DNA of 63,847 nt, filler included, from Octopus bimaculoides (lineage: Eukaryota): the NCBI RefSeq assembly GCF_001194135.2. It is 10 parts of 9 records of this genome, joined end to end, with 100 filler letters (N's around TTAATTAATTAA, not from the genome) between each part and the next. Parts side by side here need not be neighbours in the genome. Positions count along the whole stretch, not along the records: positions 14,673 to 38,854 come from NC_068984.1; 9 more parts are not named here. One strand, 5' to 3'. The position numbers and the translations under genes are program-made. This document shows, piece by piece, positions 24,814 to 35,886 of this stretch. The number at the start of each line of letters is the position of its first letter. Position 1 is the stretch's first letter. The notes below the pieces were generated by a model that saw only the letters and a program-made list of their open reading frames with translations, ran no database searches and was not told the DNA's origin.

Positions 24814-27327
24814 CATGTAAATACTTTATTACATCTGTTTATGTCTACCTTTAGTTGGACAATGTGATATCATATGTTAAATGACACTAAAATGTCAAAG
24901 GAAAAATGAAAGTTATTCAATTAGAATCAAATTTAATGTGCAACCAATATTTTTTGTTCTTTGATTGTAATTATAGTTACTATTATTATTATCATTATTA
25001 TTACTACCTGTATCATTATTTTATTTTTATTTTATTTTTCATTATATGATGAATTATGTAAATATCAATATGCATTTATATAATAGTAAATTAGTTTTCA
25101 ATGTGTTTTTGTTGTTGTTTTTCTCATTTTATCTTTATTTTTTATATTTTCTTGATTGGCTTTAAATGTTCTTCAAAAATGTCCTAATACTAAATACTAT
25201 TTGAAATTTTGACGTTGTTGTTGTTTTTTATTTGTTTGTTTTTTTTTAAAAACATTAAGTATTATTTTTATTGTCATCATCATCATTCATCATCACTTAT
25301 TGAAATCATTTATTTATTGTAATTATCTTCATTACTGTAAATATTTAGAATGATTTGTAGTAATTGCTCCTATGGTATCACTATAAACAATTTCACATTA
25401 CTTGTGTTCTTTTCACTGGCATATTTAACCCATTCACTATTGCAGGATTCTAGGAGCAAAATGAAAAAATAGAGTGAAAAAGGGGAAATAGAAAGATAAA
25501 TCAAATTCTATATCAATATACAAGGTGGACGGATTAACAGAAACAGAGGTGAGACAGCAAAATACCTTGTGGTATTTAGTTATGTCCCTTTGTATTCTAC
25601 GTTCAAGTATTGCCAAAGTTGACTTTGATATTCAGCCTTCAAAGGGTTAATAAATTCCAAGTCAAAATAATAACCAAAGTTGATTTTAGCCAATTGTATC
25701 TTCCCCACCATAATAAAAATTAAGACTTTGTATCAATGTTAAAATTCAATATATGACTACGACGAAAGGAGTGGTAGTTTGGAACAACATAACTCAGCAA
25801 TAGAAATTTGCTGAAAGCATCGAAATGTCTTACTCGCAATTTCTTCTTATATTCCAACAAAAGAAGAAAAAAATATATAAAAAGTGGGAATCTTTTGTCT
25901 GATTTTTTTTTTTTAATTGTACAAGGACTATGTTTAAAAGAAAGTTTTGTACAAAAATAAACATGTTATTATTGGTAACACAATATAAGAGAATGATACC
26001 TCTACTACTACTAATAATAATATTGAGGGTAGGGTTTTAACACACAGATATCAGATTTTTTTCTTATTTTCAATTGCATAGCACATTGCCTGCTTACATC
26101 TTTAGATGCAAAAACTTGTTGACTTTTACTGTCTTTGGTTGAAACTTGGGTGCAGCTGGTATAAATTAAAGAAAAAGCAAAACATTTCACATTCCTCGAA
26201 CCAGCAGAATAACTATTGTGCTTCCTTTTCACTTTAACTGAAGTGGTTTTAACCAGTGTTATAGTAATTGCACTTAATGTTTATTACACACATACACACA
26301 CACACAGATGTTAATACATGTGCAAATTTGTCCTAGAATTATTCTGAACAGTGATATCATAGTTAATACTACTTTTTGTTAGTTTGACTGTTATTTTTTT
26401 CTCCTTTGGTTTTTCTTTTTATTTGGTCAATTCTGCCAGGAAGTTGAAGACTTTGTATGCTACTTGATATTTCACCATTTATTGTAAATACAGTATGATT
26501 AAATCTGTTTATGTGATGGACTTCATTTGTTATGTTGTCAATTTACTTTAATAGGTACATATATGGGCAAAATGCCTTCTGGTTCAAACCCCACTTAGGT
26601 CAACTAAGTCTTTTATCCATCCAATCCTATCCCCTAGAAAAGTGATCATACCAAAGAAGTACAAATCAGGAGCTGGGGTCCTTAAAGCTGCCTGCAACTG
26701 TCCTCAACTTTGTTCTGACACTTTCTGTGACAACACTTATTACTAAACTGTATCAGTCCTGGTGCTTTCTCTTGAACAAAATCAATTGTATGGAGAGAAC
26801 TGATCCACAGTATGGGAAACTATTGGTCTTCTATACAACTTTGCTTCAAGGAATGCATTCTCTTCAAGAGCAGATCCATGATATGAAAGATGACTATGAA
26901 GATAGTTATCCATCACACCATGGAACTTAGGGGTTAATATTTTACAGTGAATGTGGTACTATAATTATATTCCATCTTTTCTTGAAAAGTTTAATTATAC
27001 TTCCATCTTTTCTTGAAAAAGAAGCAAAACATAATAGATATGAAGCCAATGAAGTAAACTGAATGCAAGTAGTCACTCAGCCTACTAGAAACAGCAACCA
27101 AATCTCTTAAATTTCAAGTTACTATCTTTAGAAAAGAGACATATTCAACAATGTAGTCCTAAATATGCAAAAAAGACAGGTCTTAGTTGGAACTCCCTTT
27201 GACCATAGAGCTGCCTCATCAGGGCCAACTTTGCATTTAGTTAAAGAAAACATCCAGTGTTTGATCAAGTTTGTTTGAATTTGCCTGACTCAATTACATC
27301 TCCCATAGCAGACTTGCGTAACATTCC

Positions 27328-27620
27328 GCTTGATCACTTCTTCATGGTGTGTATCACGATCGCTACTTAGATTCTTTGCACAATGTTTGATCAAGCTCAA
27401 TAACGATCTGTTAAGCAACAACTACCCCAAAAGTATACTATCCACTCCAATTATGAAGAAGAGAGAGGATGAGGCCAATAAACTGTCCACAGTCTGTCTA
27501 CCCTATGTGAAAGGCCTCTCCGAAAAGATACAAAAGATATGCGACCCATATGACATCAGGAGAGTATTCAAGAGTAATACAACACTTCGCAAATATCTCC
27601 TTCGAGTAAAACCACCAATA
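27328..27620 (+). mobile_element. Penelope-like element fragment (RT thumb/linker) with an inverted 5' segment
   Basis: Plus strand 27388-27620 reads IKLNNDLLSNNYPKS...TVCLPYVKGLSEKIQKICDPYDIRRVFKSNTTLRKYLLRVKPP. Minus strand 27385-27328 reads HCAKNLSSDRDTHHEEVIK, which directly precedes it in coding order. Confidence 0.8.
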
Positions 27621-28612
27621 GGTGACCAAGTCTGTAGTGGGGGGTGGATGCTCATAGAATGTTACCTCTAGAATAAGAATAACCTGGGCAATGTTCAGAA
27701 AGCTCCTATTCCTACTGGTGACAAAGGGCCTCTCGCTTAATGTGAAAGGTAGATTGTACGATGCATGTATGCAAACTGCTATGCTTCACAGCAGTGAAAC
27801 ATGGACTGTGACTGCTGAAGACATGCATAGGCTCGAAAGAAATGAAGCTAGCATGATCTGCTGGATGTGTAATGTCAGTGTGCACACACGACAGAGTGTA
27901 AGCTCCCTCAGAGAAATGTTGGATATAAGAAGCATCGGATGTGGCGTGCAAGAGAGACGTTTGTGTTGGTATGGTCATGTACTACGGATGGATGAGGATA
28001 GCTGTGTGAAGAAGTGCCACTCCCAAACAGTGGAAGGAATCTGGGATAGAGGGAGACCCATGTAGACATGGGATGAGGTGGTGAAGCATGACCTTCGAAT
28101 ATTGGGCCTCAGAGGCAATGACAAAAGACCAAAGCCTCTGGAGATATGTGGCAAGTAAAGCAAGTTCACAGCTGTAACCTACACCAGAGTCGCATAACCA
28201 GCCCACTCAAAAAGTACCTTGGATTGTAGGGCAACATGCTGTGCTTGAGAAGACCTATTGAGTCAAGTACATCAAAATCAAAATCAAATCAAATCACAAT
28301 CAAATGGAAATTGTAGTTGTGGTCTCTGTGCCAGTGGCACGTAAAAAGCACCATCCGAATGTAGCTGATGCCAGTGCTTCCTTGACTGGCTCCCATGCCA
28401 GTGGCACGTAAAAAGCACCATCTGATCATGGTCGATGCAGCTCTCTCTTGCCCCTGTGCCGGTGACACATAAAAAAGCACCCACTACACTCTCAGAGTGG
28501 CTGGCATTAGGAAGGGTAGACTGGAGCCTGGTGCAGCCTCCTGGCTTCCCAGATCCCAATCAAACCGTCCAACCCATGCCTGCATGGAAAATGGACGTTA
28601 AACGATGATGAT
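27621..28612 (+). mobile_element. RTE-clade LINE 3' half with 3' UTR and (GAT)n tail
   Basis: GDQVCSGG...KGRLYDACMQTAMLHSSETW...ERNEASMICWMC...RRLCWYGHVLRMDEDSCVKKC...RGRP, then hairpin repeats and AACCCATGCC.GCATGGAAAATGGACGTTAAACGATGATGAT. Confidence 0.9.
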
Positions 28613-29050
28613 ATATAAAGCATGATTTATTCATGATCGGAGTTGTTTAAAAACCAAGGTACTACTGTATTTCAGTTTGTATAGTTCTTTCAGTTTCCAC
28701 CTACTATATCCAGTCCCAAGGATTTGGTCGCCCTAGGTCTATAGTAGAAGACACTTACTCAGGATGTTCTGCAGTGGTAGTGGTCTCCAAACACACTGTG
28801 GGGAAACAAACTTCTTAACTACACAACCTGTGCCTACTATTTTATCATTAGTAAATATACAAAAAACATAATACAAATATATTTAATATCAGCATAACAT
28901 TACAGACACATATCTCAGAAGTATAGTTTATTCCAATGAATGAGTACAATGCAATCCATATAATGAAATGTATATAATGTACTGCTTTAAAGAAAGATGT
29001 AAAGTATTTAAATGATAATGCTTGAAATGTTTGAATTGCTTTAACACAGT

Positions 29051-29180
29051 CTAGCCAGGAATACATGTGCAATAAAGAGGAACAGAGAATAAGTCAAAAG
29101 TTGGTATCAAACTGGTTGAATTTTTCCAGGCCAGCAATGAAATTGTTCTGTTCCTTGATTCGCATTCAGTACAAAAACCC
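29051..29180 (-). CDS. Spaetzle/neurotrophin-like cystine-knot protein, terminal coding exon
   Basis: ttgtttag|G GGT TTT TGT... gives (T)GFCTECESRNRTISLLAWKNSTSLIPTFDLFSVPLYCTCIPG*. It ends in FxVPxxCxC and has NRT and NST sequons. Confidence 0.8.
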
Positions 29181-30114
29181 CTAAACAAAAACAAAGAGCA
29201 ATGAAAATTATTTTAGATATTCATGTCCACACTCATTAGCAAATGTTATTTTAATACTCAAATATATTTTATGTGATGGGATTAAAAACTCTAATTGTAT
29301 AATTACCACATCATGAATTTATTCTACAAATGCCAAAATTTACAAACTTAAAATTTTTTCTAACAAACATTAAGCCCCAAAATATAAAGAAGTATGTAAC
29401 AGATAAAAAATGTTTTTCTATTGAGCTGACCATCTTTTCTCTGATTTCATTCTTAATATTCATTAAGCATTTATTCACCACTATACAGAAAATGTTGTCA
29501 CATTTGGGCTGGAGCATCACCTGATGTCCTTTCTTTGACTTGACATCGACACATCAAACCTATAATCATTGTTCTGTGAAACATTGTTCTGCATCATATT
29601 CATGCCACTGTTGCTCATTTGGATGCACCTTTTCCACTCAGCATAGCTCTTAGGTTATGAAAACATTTTTCTTACTTTCCATCTTCATTTCATTTCCAAG
29701 ATCCAGGAACAAAACAAAAAAAGAAGAATGGAAAAGGAGGAGGTGGAAGAGCTGGAGCAGGGAGGGTGAGAAATGGAAGAGGAAAGGTGAGGGAGGAAGG
29801 AGGGAAGAGAAGAAAGAGGAGAGAGGAGAAGAAAGAGGTAAGAAGGAGAGGAGAAGAAAGAGGAGAGGAAGTGGAAGAGGAGAAAGAGGAAGGGGAAGAA
29901 TATGAAGAAAGAAGGAAGACTCAAAAGAAAGAACATGAAAAATTCAAAAACAATAATAAAGAAAAGAAACAAAAGAAATGACAACAAAGATGATAGAAAA
30001 AGAGAAAGAAGAAAAGAGAATAGAATGAAAAGTTACATGAAAGAAATATAGAAATGGTTGGGATGATAGATGGAAGAAGGATGAGAAGGGTATGTCTTTG
30101 ATCTGTCTACTTAC

Positions 30115-30228
30115 GTGCCTGAACATGTAACCCAAGGAATAACTTGGTACGCATCCTCAAAATGAATTATAGGTCTTTCTAATCCATCTAAATTTTGCAG
30201 GGCATCTAGCATTTGGAAAGAAGGTGTC
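30115..30228 (-). CDS. Spaetzle/neurotrophin-like cystine-knot protein, penultimate exon (114 bp)
   Basis: ttttgttcttag|G ACA CCT...GGC AC|gtaagt gives TPSFQMLDALQNLDGLERPIIHFEDAYQVIPWVTCSG(T). Strong splice sites; joins in frame to 29180. Confidence 0.8.
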
Positions 30229-30349
30229 CTAAGAACAAAAAATAAAGATTAGAATTTAATTGCAAGCAAACAGTGAAAAAAATTAGTTGACATAGATAAG
30301 GTGTTGTACTACCACCTGATGTAATTTCATGTATTATGATTTCAAACTC

Positions 30350-30510
30350 TTTAGAAAATGAAAGAACAAATATGTGGTTCAGAAGTTCACCTTGCAACCA
30401 TGTGGTCTCCAATTCAATCTCACTATACAGCATTCTGAGCAGATATCTTCTACAATAGCCCTCGGTTGACCAATGCCATGTGAGTGAATTTGGTAGATGG
30501 AAACTGTAGC
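30350..30510 (-). mobile_element. tRNA-derived SINE
   Basis: On the plus strand TGAGTGAATTTGGTAGATGGAAACTG and GATATCTTCTACAATAGCCCTCGG match the SINE family in the opposite orientation to the 960-1683 copy's plus-strand text; head near 30370-30420. Orientation of this copy is best taken as plus-strand head; assignment of strand is uncertain. Confidence 0.55.
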
Positions 30511-30599
30511 AAACCCAAGGTATACACATACACACACACACACACACACACTCACACGCACATACACAAACAAACAAACACACACACACACACACACAT

Positions 30600-30800
30600 A
30601 TATATCAAAGTAAGCACATAAATGTGAAACTGGGTGGGGAAAACAGTACTCGAATACCAGAGGAAGAGTAATATGCTTTATAATTATTAAAGCTGTAAAA
30701 ACATCACAAAAATATCAGAAAAAACTGCTACTCAGAGTTTCTCGTTACCATTTGTCAGACAGTTTAGATTCTCAATTATTTTAACTCAGAGCACATGGCC
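30600..30800 (-). mobile_element. Penelope pseudo-LTR-derived repeat with a decayed hammerhead (30722-30765)
   Basis: Homologous to 10750-10910 (GTACTCGA.TACC.GA.G.AGAGTAATATGCTTTA; CTGyTACTCAGAGTTTC). Confidence 0.6.
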
Positions 30801-31358
30801 TTAAAATTTTGGGGAGAAGGAGGCTAGTTGATTACATTGACCCCAGTGTGTACCTGATATATATANNNNNNNNNNNNNNNNNNNNNNNNNNNNNNNNNNN
30901 NNNNNNNNNNNNNNNNNNNNNNNNNNNNNNNNNNNNNNNNNNNNNNNNNNNNNNNNNNNNNNNNNNNNNNNNNNNNNNNNNNNNNNNNNNNNNNNNNNNN
31001 NNNNNNNNNNNNNNNNNNNNNNNNNNNNNNNNNNNNNNNNNNNNNNNNNNNNNNNNNNNNNNNNNNNNNNNNNNNNNNNNNNNNNNNNNNNNNNNNNNNN
31101 NNNNNNNNNNNNNNNNNNNNNNNNNNNNNNNNNNNNNNNNNNNNNNNNNNNNNNNNNNNNNNNNNNNNNNNNNNNNNNNNNNNNNNNNNNNNNNNNNNNN
31201 NNNNNNNNNNNNNNNNNNNNNNNNNNNNNNNNNNNNNNNNNNNNNNNNNNNNNNNNNNNNNNNNNNNNNNNNNNNNNNNNNNNNNNNNNNNNNNNNNNNN
31301 NNNNNNNNNNNNNNNNNNNNNNNNNNNNNNNNNNNNNNNNNNNNNNNNNNNNNNNNNG

Positions 31359-32105
31359 ATATAGCCGCCCCCAAATCATCACAGATCCTCCTCTATGTTT
31401 AACAGTTGGAAGAAGGCAGTCTGGATCAAATGCTTCTTTTGGCTGTCTCCACACATATACTTGGCCAGTGGTCGGAAATGAGATAAAGGATGACTCGTCC
31501 AAGAAAATAACATTCTTCCACTGCTCTAGGGACCAATTCTGTAGGTTTTTACTCCACTTTAAACACTTTGCAACATTTGTTTTTGAAAGTAGTGGTTTTC
31601 TGATTGTAGCTCTTCCATGAAACCTGGCTTTGTGCAACTCCCAGAGAACAACTTTTGTGGAAACTGGGTTCTCGAAGTGGTCATTAAGCTCTGCAGTAAT
31701 TTTGGGAGCTGTACTTTTGTGATCCTTTCTAACAATTCGCATAAGAGTCCAATGGTCCCTATATGAAAGTTTGGGTTTTCTTCTGGAGTTTTGTTTCAAC
31801 AAGGAGGTTTTTCCCTCTTTCTCAAAGGCTGTCATTACTTTCGAGAGAGTACTTGTTGATACACCAAACATTTCGGCTGTTTTCATTATGCTAGTGCCTG
31901 CCATCCGAGCACCAACAATTTGACCTCTTTGAAAGTCATGACTTTTAATTACCTTTTCTGATGATATCTGAAAAGAAACAGCAATTTTAGCAAACCATAT
32001 TAATAAGTAAAAAAAAACAAAAATAAACAAGCTTTTGATGGCTTTATAGATATTTCAAAATTATGATGCTATGATGCTAAGTGTTTCCATTATTTTGTCC
32101 AACCC

Positions 32106-32108
<3 letters not shown>
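31359..32108 (-). mobile_element. Tc1-family DNA transposon, 5' half (TIR plus transposase N-terminus to the first catalytic Asp)
   Basis: TA|CAGGGGTTGGACAAAATAATGGAAACAC terminus. DFQRGQIVGARMAG...GRATIRKPLL...WKNVIFLDESSF...TVKHRGGSVMIWG; truncated by an N gap. Confidence 0.92.
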
Positions 32109-32188
<80 letters not shown>

Positions 32189-32502
32189 CATAGATATGCT
32201 TGTGGTTTGTGTATGTGTAGACAAACAGACAGATAGACTAATAACCTGGTGTAAAACACAATGTTAGATGAGTATAGAATGGTAATAGGAACAAAGAGAT
32301 GACACATTAAAAAATATTACATATATTATATATACACACACACACATACACATAAACTTCTAACGGTGTATATATATGATTAAGTGGATCTATAGATGTA
32401 TGCATATGTGTATGTAGTAAGTTTTAAACCACCCTTGTGATCTTTTTTATACATATACCACACCTGGCTCTACAGTTTTTATTGTATTTGGTACTTATGT
32501 GT

Positions 32503-32611
<109 letters not shown>

Positions 32612-32619
32612 AAAATTTG

Positions 32620-33420
32620 CTTTGGGGGTTTGAAAACGCACCTGAATTTGAAAAACGTGTAGCTGTTTTTAAATAGCTTTATTCATATACCAAACTAGTT
32701 TTAACAATTTTTTGTTTATCAATGGCACAAATGTATACAAATGTGAATAAAACAAGGGGATTTTAACAGAGTTCAAAATTACAAAGTAGAAATCGAATAA
32801 ACATGTTTAAACCATTAAATGTTCACATGAAATTCAATGAGCTTCGCAGGGATAGCTAATATCAAAGTACGTACTTGGCAAAGAATATAACAAATGTACA
32901 TTACTAAATTTAGGTGAAAGTTTGGCCTGACTTAAATTTATATGTTCAGCCCTCTGAGAGGTAGATACAGGTCCAGCAGTTAGGACAGTTGCATTTTTTG
33001 ACTAGTGGGGTTGTATTTTTGGTGGGTAATTTGGCACTGGTAAAATTTCATTCATACTGAGTTTTTAGAGAATGCATGGACAAGAGAGAGTAAAAAGAAA
33101 GGGTTCTTTTTACAGTTTCTATCATTGTGCAGTTCTTTTTTCTGTTGTTTACTGGACTCTTCACTTTTAATGAAGTATTTTGAGGATTCAGAAAATATCT
33201 TGTGTATATATGTTTTTACAGAAAAGGATCGAATTTTTGATTCATTATAATTTTGATGACGTCTTATTCTTTCTGGTGGATGTTTTTGGTCAAAAAGATA
33301 AATTTTGTTTTGGTATTAGTGTTTTGGTTGGTTGTTTTGTTGGTTCCCTGTACATAGAAACATGTTTTGATTGGTAGTAGGTTTCCTGACGTCACTTTAT
33401 TTTGATAAAGAACCTGTTTT
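32620..33420 (-). mobile_element. Heavily degraded Penelope-like element (RT thumb/GIY-YIG region)
   Basis: Minus strand KKCNCPNCWTCIYLSEG.(TY)KFKSGQTF resembles the PLE Cys cluster ahead of GIY-YIG. Many stops and frameshifts. Confidence 0.45.
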
Positions 33421-33544
33421 TGTTTTGATCAAGTTCGGCATTCTGTTTGGTTGACTTCCCTGTAGGGACTCAGTCATTAGTTTTTACCTAATGGTCATCA
33501 ACCATTCCAGTTGGTTGATTCCTTTCAGGAGTTGTTTTCTAGTT

Positions 33545-33575
<31 letters not shown>

Positions 33576-33599
33576 TCCAGTTCTGATCAGGGGTAAAAT

Positions 33600-35400
33600 T
33601 TCATTAATCTAGTGACAACAACCAGATTACTACTTATCACTTTGAAGGGTATGCATTTGCAAAACAGGAACAGGAAATATCAACCAAATAACTGATGCAC
33701 AAAAGAGATAGAGATGCAGGAAAAGCAGTAAAAAATGACAATCGATGCAGACTTTGTAGAGTTAACACTGAAGATATCACCCACATCATAAGCAGTTGTC
33801 CGAAAATGTCATCACAGTATTATCTACCGATGAGGCATGATATTGTAGTTAGGATGCTGTGTAACAAGATTTGCCAAAAAGATATCCCCAAGGGCAAAGA
33901 CAAAAGAACCTACAGTATGGTGGAAGCAATAGCTTCTCATAATAAAAAGGATGTAGTGAAACCTCTCTCTCCAGTATTTAATTACAAATGATAACGTGGC
34001 GGCTAACATCTAGCTTTCGGCCGTTTGGATCCCTTGTGTCCACCACCCTGATTGGTTCTTATTTGTGCGGCATTTATCACCAGTTCAGTTTCGCGCCAGG
34101 GTGCATACCGTCCAATCGTGGCCTTCAGATAAGGTCACGTGAGAGAGTTTCCGGTGAGCCCTATTTCATCTATAAATAAGCCTGCTCCAACTACGCCTGT
34201 TTGTTGCGACCACAGACCTTTTCAGATCTGGTCGTAGACCACACACAGAACACAGCTCCAACCAGTTTCCAGCGACGACGCCAACACTACCGATCTACTG
34301 TCTACTACAGTTCCGCCAGCAGCACCACCACCAGAGTACACACCAACAACGACAGTGGTTTCATCTCTGCACTGTTCGAGTGGATTATTTCCACCACGAA
34401 GATAACAGTCAGAACAACCATGCGAGAATCTTCTGTACCAAGTAACCGGTCGCAGCATCGACGCTCGACTTCACACACAACATGTAACACCACAGCTCTG
34501 CTCCTTGGCCACGACTTCTTGTACAGACATTCTACTTGTGTACCTCTTCTATGAACTGGTATTTTCTCCATCTTTGTTCAGAATGCTTATAGTCTCTCAC
34601 AGACTCTTATTCCATGTCCTGTATTTCTCTCTCACATACACATATATTGTACTCACACATATTGTACACACACTCTTGCTTATACGACGGTCCGTCATTC
34701 ATATTGTTGTATACATACTCTTGTACAAGAAGGCCTGTCATACACATTGTATTGTTTATATTGCCGCATGCACGTACACATAGACACACTGTTCACTATG
34801 TTAATAAACCTACTCTCTCTCTATATATATATCTAACTGTTGTCTCTGTCACTCGCTCTCTCTTGTTCCTTTACTGGCACTTGCTCGCATCATCATACTG
34901 CGAGCCCTTCATATGTCCTATTACATGTTTTGTGTTCGACCATGCGACGCGTTTAAAGGAGTCTCTCCACTTCGTCGCCATCTCCTTGATTTGCACGGTT
35001 GTTCTTTTACAAGGAGTATTGGTGAAATGTCCCAGTAAAAACTTCAATAAAATGTAAACATAATAGAGCTGATATAATGATTTGGGATAGAAAAGAGAGA
35101 AACTGTATAGTTGTGGAAATCAGTTGCCCAGCGGATATTAATATAAACCTGAAGATCAGTGAAAAAGAGAAAACCTGCACTAAACTATTGAGAAATCTGT
35201 AGTTATACTATCCAGATTACAAGTTCAGGTTTACACCTATGATTATTGGGGCACCGGAATATGTAACACACTGACTAAATACCAATCTTGAGAAATTAGG
35301 CTTCTTAAAACCAGAAAAGAGAAAGCTGATTCAAAGACTACAGATCCAAGCCATCACTGGAACTGTAAAATCTGTAAAACTTTCCAGAAGTTTATTATTT
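33600..35400 (+). mobile_element. R4/Dong-like RLE LINE 3' part (CCHC finger plus PD-(D/E)xK nuclease), split by an LTR
   Basis: CRLCRVNTEDITHIISSC...MRHDIV (33695-33951) resumes in frame at 35016 as EYW*NVPVKTSIKCKHNRADIMIWDRKERNCIVVEISCPAD. Confidence 0.88.
33952..35011 (+). mobile_element. Solo LTR (1060 bp) with a 4-bp TSD
   Basis: TGTA...TACA termini, AGGA duplicated at 33948-33951 and 35012-35015, TATAAATAA near 34170 and AATAAA near 34803. Confidence 0.85.
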
Positions 35401-35775
35401 AAATATATATGAACATGTCTAGATATGCAACTATATGCATGAGAATATATACAAAAAACAAAACATACAAATCTGCACATATACATACATACTTGCATAC
35501 AAAAACACCCTGTTGTTGACGTCGAAATTCCAATGAAGGAACCTTGGATCTAAGTTAGTAACTGGCTCTTTATCTATTGGTAAGAAATCTTGAAATAAAA
35601 CTGAATAATGACATACATACATATGTACACACACTCACATGCATATCTGCAGTATACTACCAACAAGTGACACCTAATGGCTGTTTCAAATTACTGTAAA
35701 CTCGACACTATGGTACCCAGCCAGTACTAGCATCCTACTTGTTGACATGCCTGGATTTTATGAATCCTGTAACTA

Positions 35776-35812
<37 letters not shown>

Positions 35813-35822
35813 ATCTCTATAT

Positions 35823-35884
<62 letters not shown>

Positions 35885-35886
<2 letters not shown>

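Noticed and set aside
26590-26930. ORF 26727-26930 as a gene
   Set aside because: No convincing splice sites. It shows faint resemblance to a decayed CR1-type RT (TKLYQ...ERTDP) but is too weak to annotate.
28328-28480. CRISPR-like repeat-spacer pattern
   Set aside because: Eukaryotic context, only three diverged units, no cas genes, and it lies within an RTE 3' UTR.
29500-29650. Alternative last exon for the cystine-knot gene (AMLSGKVHPNEQQWHEYDAEQCFTEQ*)
   Set aside because: Weak acceptor, it would delete the CxC knot, and no homology was recognised.
35527-35570. Hammerhead-like CCAAUGA...stem...GUAAC segment
   Set aside because: The GAAA core is absent and stem I is unclear.
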